Source: Octopus sinensis (Eukaryota). Taken from it: DNA of 64,000 nucleotides. This document shows, in pieces, positions 24,466-36,249 of this stretch; the stretch's first letter is position 1; the number at the start of each line of letters is the position of its first letter. The notes beneath the pieces were generated by a model. It was not told the DNA's origin. It did no database searches and worked only from the letters and a program-made list of their open reading frames with translations. A program made the translations under genes and the position numbers. The DNA lies in contig NC_043024.1 in the NCBI RefSeq assembly GCF_006345805.1, positions 14,880,001-14,944,000 on the forward strand, written 5' to 3'.

Positions 24466-25439
24466 TTTCTACTACCAGACCACAACTCCCTTGCTACTAC
24501 CAAGTAGCGGGAGAACCTTTTGTCACTGTCACTACGATTACTACTTTCTTACTAACTGATTGCTGGGCAAATAAAGAATGTAAATAATATTCCTTCCTTG
24601 TTTTGGTGTTATTCTTCACTACTATCTCCATTGCGCGAACCTCAGGCATGACAGCTGCACGCTACACTTTTGTACACTTTTGTACATCAATCCCAAAATT
24701 TAGCTGCTACAGCTATATCAATCAGAGTATCAGATGCTGTTATTCACCATTGGTAACAATTGTAACCTGTTGTAGCTTTCAAATGATGCCACCCACCTTG
24801 TTGTCCAGGCAGGTGGGCAGGCTAGCATTCTCTCTGAACAGAAAGCTATTCTGTTGCTGATTTACCCATTTGCAGATGAGTGAACTGGAGCAAAGTGAAA
24901 AGAAGTCTTTTGCTCATTAGCATAACACACCACCTGTATGGTAATGTAATCATTTTACCTGTTTTATCATGCAGTCATTGAACTGCAGCCTTGCTGTTGA
25001 CGCCATCTTGAAGGGTGTTTTGTTTTTGGCAGACATGCAAAAGGAGAGACCAAGAACAAACGATGGTCTCTTCTGTAACCTCAGACTGACCAAAGCAATG
25101 TGAGTGGATTTGGTAGACAGAAACTGAAAGAAGCCCATTATATATATATGTACATATATGTGTGTCTGTCTGTGGGGGAAAACACAGTATTGGTGTATTT
25201 GCATCCCCATGACTTAATGGTTCAGCAGAAGTACTAGGGTCAATTCATTTGATTAAAAATTCAAGGCAGTACCACAGCATGGATGTAGTCTAATGACAAA
25301 CAAGTGAAAAGCAAAAGATTAAAGAACTAAATGAACTTGGTATTTCTTCTGTTGGTCTTTGTTTGCCGAACCACTAGGCTACAGTGATGTAAACAAAGCA
25401 ACAATCATTGGCAATTGGGAGACAAATGTAACGTGTTTC

Positions 25440-25850
25440 AGTCTAAAAGCTGCGCCCATAGTCTAAGGGCTGTGGCCATGTTGGATCACTGCCAGTATCA
25501 TCAGCTATTCAGTGAAAGGGTGAGTTTGATATTGCTACCCTTGTTTGCGTTCCTTGTCATGATGTAGGTTCATCTGGGATCTTGGACTGCAGAAGTTCCA
25601 GGTGTTTCTTGAAAATATCTGCTGCTGCTACTTCATGTAGATCTATAAGGTTTTTCTTGGCAAGATATTTAATAAATGGGGGCTTTCAAATTCCAAGGGA
25701 CTGCTGTATCAGGTCCTTATTCTTGACAGAATGGGTGGGACCTTTGGAACAATGCAATGATGTCCTGTTTCGAGGATTGTATAACTCTTGATGCCAAAGT
25801 TTAGTGCCAGCCCTGCTAGGATTTTCCATACATATTTTCCCAAAATTCCC
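25440..25850 (-). mobile_element. Old CR1/L2-superclade LINE 3' end (also at 57100-57425 and 60400-60760, partial at 48230-48348)
   Basis: TGHHCIVPKVP..IRTRYSSTL.F..PQL.NILP and ..LQSKIPDE C-terminal ORF2 motifs. Confidence 0.7.
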
Positions 25851-26084
25851 ATCTTTGCTCTACACACACATTTATAATATATGTATCTGTATCTGTATAT
25901 ATATATATATATATACATACATCTACACACACACACACACAGCTATTTGACACACTTCTTTAATTTTCCATCTATTAAATCCACTCACATGGCTTTGATT
26001 AGGTCAGTAAGGTCACATTCCAATGACTGAAACCTAGAATTCTCACTGTTTTTATCTCATCTTCTTAAGTATGCTATATATCTT

Positions 26085-28814
26085 TGTAGTGATCCTATAA
26101 CGGTGCACACGCACGCACCGTCCATTTTCTATTTCGCGCGTGTGAGTGTTGGTGCCTTCACCAAGGCACAGAAAGGAAGGGCCCTCTCGCGCATGCGCGA
26201 ACCACTGGAAGCACGACCCTTTTGCCTACGTGGTAGTTAGCCAAGGCAAGGGGGTCATAGAACGTTTGACCGCTAGCAGCAGCAGCCAAGGACTTGGGAC
26301 AGCAGCGACCGAAGGCGACGGACGTATATTTTCTCGCTGTCCAGCTCTGATAGCAGTCAGCCGAAGGTTCTCACCAAATTGTTGCCGTCCACATTCATCT
26401 TCCCTGTTCCGGACGCCATCTTTAACTCGTTCTGTTTTTAGCGGCTGAACATTGTAAATATTACAATCCATTAACCTTCAGCCTTGCGCGCCCAGAACCA
26501 AGGATATCAGATAACCACTTATTGTTACTGTTACCACATTAGAGAATAAAGTAGGATATATATATCTTACGTCTGCGTCTTGTTGTTCCTGACTGGTAGA
26601 ATTCTGGATTATTAAAGCAACGGCTAGTGATTGCTTTGTGCACCCCAAAAGTGCACGAGGATATTCACACATATTCCTTACAGTGGTAGACCCCCGACGT
26701 GATTCTGGTCTAAAACCAGAGATCACTTAACAACAAAGAAATCCAGTTTTTCTGCGAAGTCGGAACACGATTTAACTCTACGCAGTCATCATCTTTCGAC
26801 GATTTGTTTCCGGCCACCACAAACAGTTGTAGAAGGAGCCCCTTTTCTTATTCTACAGCCATGATGACGAACGCCATCATATCAACGATGCCTTTTCTCC
26901 ACCTTCGTCATCGCCATCGTCGTCTTTCTACTTCACGTCGTCGTTATCTTCGTCGCCATCATCACTAAGAACGATGTTGTCTCAAGTCCACTACAGTCAC
27001 CTTCCTCCACCACCGTCGACCAAGATGTACATAGCAACTCGCGGAACTTTAGCGTGCACGCTGTATGTGCATATGCACACCAAGGATTAACAGCACCGTC
27101 TATCTACGAGATTCTTCTGTTCCAGTTAACCTGTCACAGCATTGAAGCCACAACCGCTACACGATATGTGTTCAACCGGCATCTGCATTTGTGATTTCAA
27201 CATTCTGTTACAGAACGAACTGCTATTGTGCATCAGGCTATTAGAGACTGGTAAATTAACTCCATTGTCTGGGATAGCCTTGAGAGACATTTTTCCTATG
27301 CACTGTATTATTTTTTGCTCGCATTCACCTTGTATGTATTTTTGTCGCACACACGTACACACACATAAATGCTATCTCTCACATACATACGTCACACATG
27401 CTTTTCTCGCTTGTTTTTTCCATGCTAAATTTGCCTTTTGTGGACACACCTCATTTCTATAGACCCTAGGGGTCACGTATACATAGAGAGGGTTGTTTGT
27501 CCATTATAACGCGCCGGCATGCCATACCTTTGTTCCTGTACGAACAAGGCATATAATCGCTCAACCACTGGCATAATTCTTGCTGTTTTTCGGTCTGGCA
27601 AGCACTATTGCATTTCATGCGCTTTTGCTTCGCACGTGTACTTGCCTTGTTTTTTGCAACACGTTTGCGTTGGCTTAATTCTTTTCCCGACTCATAGGAC
27701 GTCGGATGTTCACATGCGCTGCGCCATGTTTAGGCGTAATTATTTTTCCCTGTTAGACCACTGTTGGTCACGTAATTAACAGAAAATTATCTGTGTCGCG
27801 CATCACACCAGCATGCTTGCATTTTTGCTTTTGTGTTACTAGCGATCTATCTGTCAATTCCATTTCCTCTCCTGCAACAATTGACTTAACTGCTATTTTC
27901 GCAGGATCAACTACCTTTAGAGAAGTTGGATTTTAATTTCGGCTAGGTTCATTGACTGTGAGTTTTGCTTTCCCTCCGCTCCTTTCAGCGGAAGGGTTTA
28001 TACTTTGTGACGTATACACTTTCATGCATGCACTCTTGATTTTTGCTCATGTTGAGTATTTTTTTTCTTTTTTCTCCTTTAGTAAATTTCTTGTGTATGT
28101 TATAAATTTTGCCATTTTATTATATTGTGTGCTATTTGGTTATCTGTTGTCCACCTTGAGTTTTGCAGTCACTACAATAAGTTTCCTTCGTGCATACGCA
28201 CTGGAGGGGAGCCTTGTAGTGATCCTATAACGGTGCGCGCACCGTCCATTTTCTATTTCGCGCGTGCAAGTGTTGGTGCCTTCACCAAGGCACAGAAAGG
28301 AAGGGCCCTCTCGCGCATGCGCGAAGCACCGGAAGAAGAACCCTATTGCCTACGTAGCAGTTAGCGAGGCAAGGGGGTCGTGGAACGTTTGACCACTAGC
28401 AGCAGTCAGCGGTGACTTGAGACAGCAGCGACTGAAGGCGACCGTCACGTAAATTTTCTCTCCGTCCACTTGATTCTAGCAGCACCATACCAAAAGGCCT
28501 TTAACCAAATTGTTGCAGACCTCATCTTCTTCCTCCGGACGCCATCTTTAACCCGTTCTGTTTTTAGCGGCTGAACATTGTAAATATTACAATCGATTAA
28601 CTTTCAGCCTTGCGCGCCCAGAACCAAAGGGATACCAGATAACCACTTATTGTTACTGTTACCACATTAGAGAATAAAGTAGTATATATATCTTTTACGT
28701 CTGCGTCTTGTTGTTTCTGACCGGTAGAATTCTGGATTAGTAAAGCAACGGCTAGTGATTGCTTTCTTGTACCCCGAAAGTACAAGCGAGGATATTCACA
28801 CTAAGTTCGTTACA
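26085..28814 (+). mobile_element. Non-autonomous LTR retrotransposon (Gypsy-like termini), 2730 bp
   Basis: LTRs 26085-26682 and 28215-28814 (TG...CA); 4-bp TSD TCTT; empty site in paralog C (atatcttattc near 60985); PBS tggtagacccccgacgtgatt at 26684-26704 resembles the tRNA-Trp 3' complement; PPT ggaggggag at 28203-28211; no gag/pol ORF. Confidence 0.92.
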
Positions 28815-29142
28815 TCTTATTCCGTTTCTCTTTTATTTCAGAACCTCAGATGACATTGACAGGAGAGAATATTTCACTTCGGTATCCTGGAAGATAGTAT
28901 TCAGAACAGATAGAACGGATGCATGGATTTACATGAATCTTTGAGGAATTCTGCTGAAATTTATTTTGTAAACAAAATTTCTCAAACGTCACTGTTTGGA
29001 ATGTGTGCAAGATTTTTGGATTCCAATTAAAGTTGAATGAATTTGCCTCGTGAGTGGATTTAGTAGACACAAACTGAAAGAAGCCAGCCGTATATATATA
29101 TAGATCTGTGAGTGTGTGTCTATGTATATACTTGTGCGTTTG

Positions 29143-29525
29143 TGGCGATCTTTCGTCTCTAGTAGACCTATCCGTCGATTTCCGTAAAAAATTTTTTTTT
29201 TTACATATGGGCTTGCGAGAACTTCTGAAGTAATATACATACATATACACATACACCGAGTAAAAAATTTCAGTTATCTCTTTCTTTCACACACACTAAC
29301 AGAAGCACTTCACTTACACAACATAATGTCTGTCTCCCACACCCCATCAAACACACACACACCCATGCACGGTAACTTCAAAAGAATTTCCCTCGTCATA
29401 CAATCGCTTTCTCTTAGTCTCTTTCGCTCTCATTACTTCAAAAGTTCCCGCAAGCCCATATGTAAAAAAAAATAATTTTTTTACGCAAATCGACGGAAAG
29501 GTCTACTAGAGACGAAAGATTGCCA
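29143..29525. mobile_element. Unclassified MITE with ~85-bp TIRs (TGGCGATCTTTCGTCTC...); second copy at 43415-43837
   Basis: Both TIRs and the internal sequence are shared between the two copies. Confidence 0.85.
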
Positions 29526-30722
29526 AGCCAAGAGGAAAAAATGTTATATTCTGACACATACTACCAGTATATGAAGTTTTAAAGTGTTTAGTTAACTAGA
29601 AATTGTCTGCCGTTCAAAAGGAAAAGATCCCGAAATTTTCCCGGTGTGTGTGTTAAATTATAAGGCCCAAAAAGAAAACGACTCTCCCCAGACACAATAG
29701 AATAGAAGTTTTATTAGTATGCATTAAATTACAATAGGGACATTTAAACTACGGCACCGGTGTTACTAAGTCAAGGGGAAAATTATCAACAACACCGGCT
29801 TTTTTGTATCAGTAGAATCAGATTAATTAATTTAATTGCATCGTTTGGTAATTATCTCGTGTCAAAATGAATATTAATGTTTGTGGATGAGAGAGGGCGA
29901 CTTCCAAGTTTCAGGTTCGATGCTTTATCATCTTGATGATTAAATATTTAATTTCATAACAGCCTTATTACATCTTTAATTGGTTGTCCCCCACAATACA
30001 AGAGAAGGCAAACAAGTTTTAATTATCAATTAATGAGTGATTAGTTTTCTTGATACTTCTTCACTTTTCCCGCAGCTTTCTGACCCAAAGACTGTAGTAT
30101 TTGTATCGTCATCCCGCACACCTACACATCTTTCTCTGACATTCAGCTTACATTGTGATAACTTTGCTTTTACACTCATAATGTCTGTACCTTTGCCTGA
30201 AATACAAGAATGTCGATCACACCAGAATCTCTGCTACCAGTAATTTTTGAATGTTCTCTTATTTGTTATCCTACATCAGGTCCGCTAGGAAGTTCGGGGC
30301 CCAATTAAAGAATTGTCGGTGGGACCCTCCACTCTACAAAAACTGGAGATTTATGTTTTGTGTAGTACGCCAGTCCCAGCCAAAATGCGATGGGGTCTTT
30401 ATATCCTAAAAATCATCACAAGGACCACCTTCGAGCCTGTGCACGGGGCTCGGCTTGAACAAATCTAATTGGCTTAAAACCCAGCCTGACTACATCGCTT
30501 CCATTCACTGTATTGACGTTTATCAGCATAAAACGGAAAGTTTTATTGATAAAAATTAAAATGCGAGCCACTTGGAGATTCCCTAGGCAACAACAAACAT
30601 TCAGGCTGTAAATAGAAGATATACCTACAAGCATTTTTTTCTCTATATATGAGCACAGCCTCATGATACCGAAGACAAGAAACTAAATCCTAACAGCTTT
30701 CAAGAATTCCCTGTGGATTAAG

Positions 30723-32288
30723 ATGGAAGATGTTATTCACTTGAACGCTTCTAACTCAGCTGTTTTTCAGACAGATTCAGTGACAGAGATTGACAGTGGT
30801 GAGGAATATTTATGTAGTGAAATATTTGCTAAACAAAGAACATTACACGGAAGCATTTCTGATTATCACTGTGAGATTTGTAGGAAAACATTCTCTTCAG
30901 AACGAGAAGTCTTTGCACACAAACGAATACACAGTGAAACGGTAAAACCCTTTCACTGTGAAATTTGTGGGAAATCTTTTTCTAATAATTCGAAATTTGT
31001 TATTCACAGTCGTATTCACAGAGGAGATAAACTTCATAGTTGTGAGATTTGTGATAAATCCTTTATGAAAAATAGTACTCTAACAATGCATAAACGGATA
31101 CACTCTGGAGAAAAACCATTTCACTGTGAAATATGTGGCAAAACTTTCATTAATAATTCAAATTTTGTTGTCCACAATCGTTTTCATACTGGAGAAAAGC
31201 CCTTTCATTGTGATATCTGTGGTAAGTCTTTCGTCTCTAACAGTACTTTAAAAAGACATAAGATTATACATTCTGGAGAAAAACTATTTCACTGTGAGAT
31301 CTGTGGAAAATCTTTTATTGATAATTCAAAGCTTGTTGTTCATATTCGAAGTCACAGTGGAGAGAAACCTTATCATTGTGATGTCTGTGGAAAATCTTTT
31401 ATGAAAAACAGTAATTTGACAACACACAGAAGAGTCCACACTGGGGAAAGACCGTTTCATTGTGAAATATGTGGGAAGAGTTTCTCTGTTAATTCAAATC
31501 TTGTAGTTCACATTAGGGTCCATACGGGAGAGAAGCCTTATAGCTGTGAAACTTGTGAGGAGTCGTTTACCACAAATAGTGATTTTACCAAACATAGAAG
31601 GATACATACGGGGGAACTGTTACGCTGTGAAACCTGTGGGAAAGCTTTCACCATTAACAGTCATCTGAAAACGCACAGACAAGTACACACGGGAGAAAAA
31701 TTATTTCACTGTGAAATCTGTGGAAAATCATTCTCTTCGAATTCGAGTCTTGTTATTCATGTGCGTCGTCATACCGGAGAAAAGCCATATCATTGCGACA
31801 TGTGTGAGAAGTCCTTTATGGTGAACAGTGACTTAACAAAGCACAAAAGGTTACATAGTGCGGAAAATTTGTTTCTCTGCGAAATCTGTGGTAAATCTGT
31901 GACTGAAAAATCCCACCTCATTATCCACAAACGTACCCACACTGGAGAAAAACCTTACGATTGTGAAGTCTGTGGTAAATCTTTCTCTGTTAATTCTCGC
32001 CTTGCAGTTCACAAAAGGTTACATACGGGAGAGAAGCTGTTACACTGTGAAGTCTGTGGGAAATCCTTTGTCACCAACAGTCACTTGAAGATACACAAAC
32101 GAAAACACACGGGAGAGAAACCATTTCACTGTGAAGTATGTGAGAAGTCATTTGCTATTAATTCCCATCTTGTCGCTCACCGAAGAATCCATACGGGAGA
32201 AAGACCCTTTCATTGTGATATATGTGAGAAGTCATTTATCACTAACACTCTTTTAAAAAAGCATAAACAAATTCATACTAGAGGGTAG
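30723..32288 (+). CDS. C2H2 zinc-finger protein, 521 aa, 17 tandem fingers, short acidic N-terminus
   Basis: 17 CxxC-x12-HxxxH units with TGEK(P/L) linkers; frame open upstream to 30687; possible acceptor ctaacag at 30696. Confidence 0.95.
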   Translation: MEDVIHLNASNSAVFQTDSVTEIDSGEEYLCSEIFAKQRTLHGSISDYHCEICRKTFSSEREVFAHKRIHSETVKPFHCEICGKSFSNNSKFVIHSRIHRGDKLHSCEICDKSFMKNSTLTMHKRIHSGEKPFHCEICGKTFINNSNFVVHNRFHTGEKPFHCDICGKSFVSNSTLKRHKIIHSGEKLFHCEICGKSFIDNSKLVVHIRSHSGEKPYHCDVCGKSFMKNSNLTTHRRVHTGERPFHCEICGKSFSVNSNLVVHIRVHTGEKPYSCETCEESFTTNSDFTKHRRIHTGELLRCETCGKAFTINSHLKTHRQVHTGEKLFHCEICGKSFSSNSSLVIHVRRHTGEKPYHCDMCEKSFMVNSDLTKHKRLHSAENLFLCEICGKSVTEKSHLIIHKRTHTGEKPYDCEVCGKSFSVNSRLAVHKRLHTGEKLLHCEVCGKSFVTNSHLKIHKRKHTGEKPFHCEVCEKSFAINSHLVAHRRIHTGERPFHCDICEKSFITNTLLKKHKQIHTRG

Positions 32289-32582
32289 CCTTTTAGCCCT
32301 TTTGTTACCCTATTTCTATTGACATATCTTTTATCTTTTACTTGTTTCAGTCATTAAACTGCAGCCATGCTGGGCCACCACCTTCAACAATTTTTGTTTT
32401 TGTACAGAGAATTAACAGGGTGATGCCATTAGTAGGAGAGGTTAGGAGGGTGAGAAGGGAAAGGGAAGTGTAGTATCTAAATGAAATGAGGGACACCAAG
32501 TGAAGAGAAGTTAGTATAAGAGACTTGTGAACATGATGGGAGAAATGAACAGTTAGAAGAAAGTAACAATTAAGCAATTGCT

Positions 32583-32880
32583 TGGATGGTGCTTTTTACA
32601 TGCCACCAGCAAGGAGGCCAGGTGAGGCGGGCAATGGCCACGATCAGATGGTGTTTCTTACGTGCCACTGTCGATGCGGCCATGTTCGGATGGTTCTCTT
32701 ATGTGCCACCGGCACTGGTATCACAACTACAAATTCCATTGATGTTGATCGATTTCGATTTTGATTTTCACTTGCCTCAACAGGTCTTCACAAGTAGAGT
32801 TATGTGTCCCAAGAAGGAAGGTATGCATCAGTGGACTGACTACGTCCCAGGTAGAGGCCACAGGTTATGGCCTCACTTGT
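32583..32880 (-). mobile_element. RTE 3' UTR fragment with minisatellite units (a tail fragment also at about 33270-33365)
   Basis: Matches 7500-7750. Confidence 0.8.
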
Positions 32881-32897
32881 CTATATATATATATATA

Positions 32898-33162
32898 GGT
32901 TTAAGAGACAGAACCACTTTCAAGCAACTCAATCAACATTGAACAGCATTATCTATGATAGAGATATATAAGATTAAATTCTATCAAAATTAATATTTAC
33001 AATTTCTATTCTGAATCATATATTAAATTATATATACAATGTGTGTTTCATGACAATATATCTATCGGTATTTTGATAAAATTTAATCTTATATATCTCT
33101 ATCATAGATAATGTTGTTTAATATTAATTGAGTTGCTTGATGGTGGGTCTGTCTCTTAAACC
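32898..33162. mobile_element. TA-flanked MITE with ~95-bp TIRs
   Basis: ggtttaagagacaga...atagagatatataagattaaatt is inverted at the right end; TA on both sides. Confidence 0.8.
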
Positions 33163-33558
33163 TATCTATTTATATATATATAATATAGCAAGAAATTCAT
33201 TTTAGTACCACTAAATTGAATTTCTCTTCCCTGTAGACTCGGAAATAACTTCCCTAATATTAATAATTATATCATCATCATTGTTTAACGTCCGCTTTCC
33301 ATGCTAGCATGGGTTGGACGGTTTGACTGAGGGCTGGCGAACCAGATGGCTGCACCAGGCTCCAGGGCTTCTTTTAGTTTCTGTCTACCAGATTCACTCA
33401 CAAGGCTTTGGTCAGCCCAAGGCTATAGAAGACACCTTTAGCATTTGTTTCAATTAATTTTTAAAATAATGAAGAGATTAGTAAAATAACTTTCTCATTA
33501 TTAAGCGGGGGTTTGGAACAAGTAGCATTCAATTTTGATTTAAAATTCTAATTTAGAT

Positions 33559-33825
33559 CAGTAGTTCCCAAACATTTTCAGGCTGCTGCTCCCTTGACAC
33601 CCAGGCCACATCCCTAGCGCCTCCTCACCCTCCCCATCACAAATATAAACCACTTTCAGCATCAAATTCAAAACAAGTGTATTTCACAAAACTTATACCT
33701 AATTTTTTTTACATCTCTCACCACATTTTGGCCATCCCATTATAATCCCACTTTTCTTCAATGTCCCCCCACCGGATACTTCCACCACTCCAACGTGGCA
33801 GTACTGCTTACTCTGGGATCCACTG
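33559..33825. mobile_element. hAT (Charlie-like) MITE
   Basis: TIRs cagtagttccca / tgggatccactg; perfect 8-bp TSD atttagat at 33551-33558 and 33826-33833. Confidence 0.88.
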
Positions 33826-34739
33826 ATTTAGATCACTTTAAAACAGTAAAGTTTGTGTCACAGGACCTTGGGTGGTTTCAAGCATCTTGGTATCAAAAGG
33901 GTTAACTGTGAAACCTGAGAAATTTTTCTTTTGTAAGTCTAAGCCGGTGCCTAAAATAAGGTGAAATAGAATCATACATGACTATTACATTATTAACAGA
34001 AAAAACAGACCATAGGGAAAATATGTACTCTTTCTCCAAACGCAGAGTAGATGAAACCATGGCGACTGAAGAAGGGGAATTTTCTTTGTGTTATTTGTCC
34101 TGTACTCTATTTTTTTGTTGTTTAAGAAAAATGTCCAGTTCCTTGGTTTTGTGTTTATGTTTTCATTTCTCATTGTGTTTGGCGTTTTTGGGGTGTCCTG
34201 TACCCATATATGCATGTATTTATACATGTAGAGGTACGTACGTACATAGATGTATGTATATATGCATATGTTTTATTTATTAATTCATTTATATATATAT
34301 GTAGCTATAGCTATATAGCTAGCATGGCTGCAGCTCTTGAGCTGAGACTAGTAAAGGAAAAATTGGAGCTTCTCTGAAAGTTGCTGACCTACAAGTGAAG
34401 ATATTGTTGTCAATTTTTCTGCTTATAAACAAATTATCTGCTGGTTTTGTGCCTTCTAAGATATATAGAATAAGAAATCTCTTTCTTGGAAGACAGGTGA
34501 AGTCTGACTGCAGAATCTCTTTTATAGTATATCCTACTGTTTTAAAAAAAGGGTGGAATGAATTTGAAAATAAAAAATTAAAAATGGACAGGATGGTCAT
34601 ATTTGAAGGACATCTTTGATCATAGCAGACCAAGGGCTAAAACAACAACAGTTAATGGATTCCTCTGCGGCTGATTATTCCTAGACATTAAATAGAACTG
34701 AAGTCCTACTTCCCTTCAGATCTATCTATATAGACATAT

Positions 34740-34772
<33 letters not shown>

Positions 34773-35084
34773 CCATCTTAATATCTCTTTTTCCTTGCTA
34801 AAATGGCTTAGAGAGGACTACCAATTGTACAGTCCTTCACTGTCTGACAAACTCAGCAACTCTGAAAACATCCAATCATCTTGTGTGTGTATTGTTTTCA
34901 GTTATTCATATGTTCATTTATTTGTGTAATTAAAAAAATTGTCAACATGCCTTAATACATTATCTTTATTGAGACATCTTAATGTTCTTTTCAATTTATG
35001 ATTTTTGTATGTACCTCCTTGCAAAATTTTATCATGTATTCTATGCATAAATTGGTCAAATGACAAAACAAAAAAAATTATTAA

Positions 35085-35715
35085 TAAGGCAGCGAGCTGG
35101 CAGAATCATTAGCACACTGGACGAAATGCTTAACAGTATTTTGTCTGCCACTACGTTCTGAGTTCAAATTCCGCCGAGGTCGACTTTTCCTTTCATCCTT
35201 TCAGGGTCGATTAAATAAGTACCAGTTACGAACTGGGGTCGATATTATCAACTTAATCCGTTTGTCTGTCCTTGTTTGTCCCCTCTGTGTTTAGCCCCTT
35301 GTGGGTAGTAAAGAAATAGGTATTTTGTCTGCTGCTATGTTCTGAGTTCAAATTCCTCCAAGGTCGACTTTGCCTTTCATCATTTCAGGGTCAATAAATT
35401 AAGTACCTATTTCTTTACTACCCACCAGGGGCTAAACACAGAGAGGACACACAAGGACAGACAAACGGATTAAGTCCATTATATCGACTCCAGTGCGTAA
35501 CTGGTACTTAATTTATCGACCCCGAAAGGATGAAAGTCGACCTCGGCGGAATTTGAACTCAGAACGCAGCGGTGGATGAAATACCAGAAAGCATTTAGCC
35601 CAGCGTGCTAACATTTCTGCCAGTTCACCACCTTAAGTACCAGTAATGCACTGGGGTCAATATAATCGACTAACTGCCCTCCCCTACAATTTCAAGTCTT
35701 CAGCCTATAGTTGAG
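35085..35715. mobile_element. SINE A cluster: full + copy, partial tandem re-entry, inverted copy, alternative tail
   Basis: The tail aagaaatagg runs straight into tattttgtctg (head-internal sequence) at 35320; the - copy starts at about 35408. Confidence 0.75.
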
Positions 35716-36249
35716 TATTATTGTTGTTAAGGTGGCAGAATCATTCACTGTATGGGCGAAGTGCTTAGTTCCATTTTATCCGTCTTTACATTCAGAGTTC
35801 AAATTCCACAGAAGCTGACTGACTTTTGTCCTTTTCAAGTCAATAAAAGAAGTATTTTTTATGCTTAGCAGCATTTCATCTGTCTGTCATTCTGAGTTCA
35901 TATTCTGCTGAGGTTGACATTTTTCTTTCATTTTTTCAGGATCAATGAAACAAGCCCCAATTGAGCATTGGGGTCAATGAAGTTGACCAGGCCTCTGCCC
36001 CCAAATTTCAGGTCTTGTGCCTATAGTAGATAAGATTATTATCATTCACTACTGACAAAGTAGACACATTTTTATTAGTTTTTTTTTTCAAAGTAAAAGG
36101 AATTTGCTTGATGAAATAGTTTTTTTACCAAGAAATACTTGCATAAAGGGCTCTCCCCTTACAGGAGCTGACCTTATTTACTTTTAGACAAAATTTATAT
36201 TTTTTCCTCTTTCTGATCAAAGATGCACATGACCATTTCATATCATACT

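Larger units (their letters stand above)
24710..29045 (+). pseudogene. Copy D: CDS-less paralog of the upstream intron and exon start of the six-finger genes, split by an LTR element
   Basis: 24710-26084 aligns with about 60140-60988, and 28815-29045 with 60985-61215; truncated by a SINE B fragment before the ATG-equivalent. Confidence 0.85.

Noticed and set aside
26705-28202. gag/pol coding in the LTR element interior
   Set aside because: No CCHC, protease, RT or integrase motif recognisable in any frame; only short ORFs.
34319-34633. Possible coding exon (104-aa and 74-aa ORFs)
   Set aside because: No recognisable motif or convincing splice sites.
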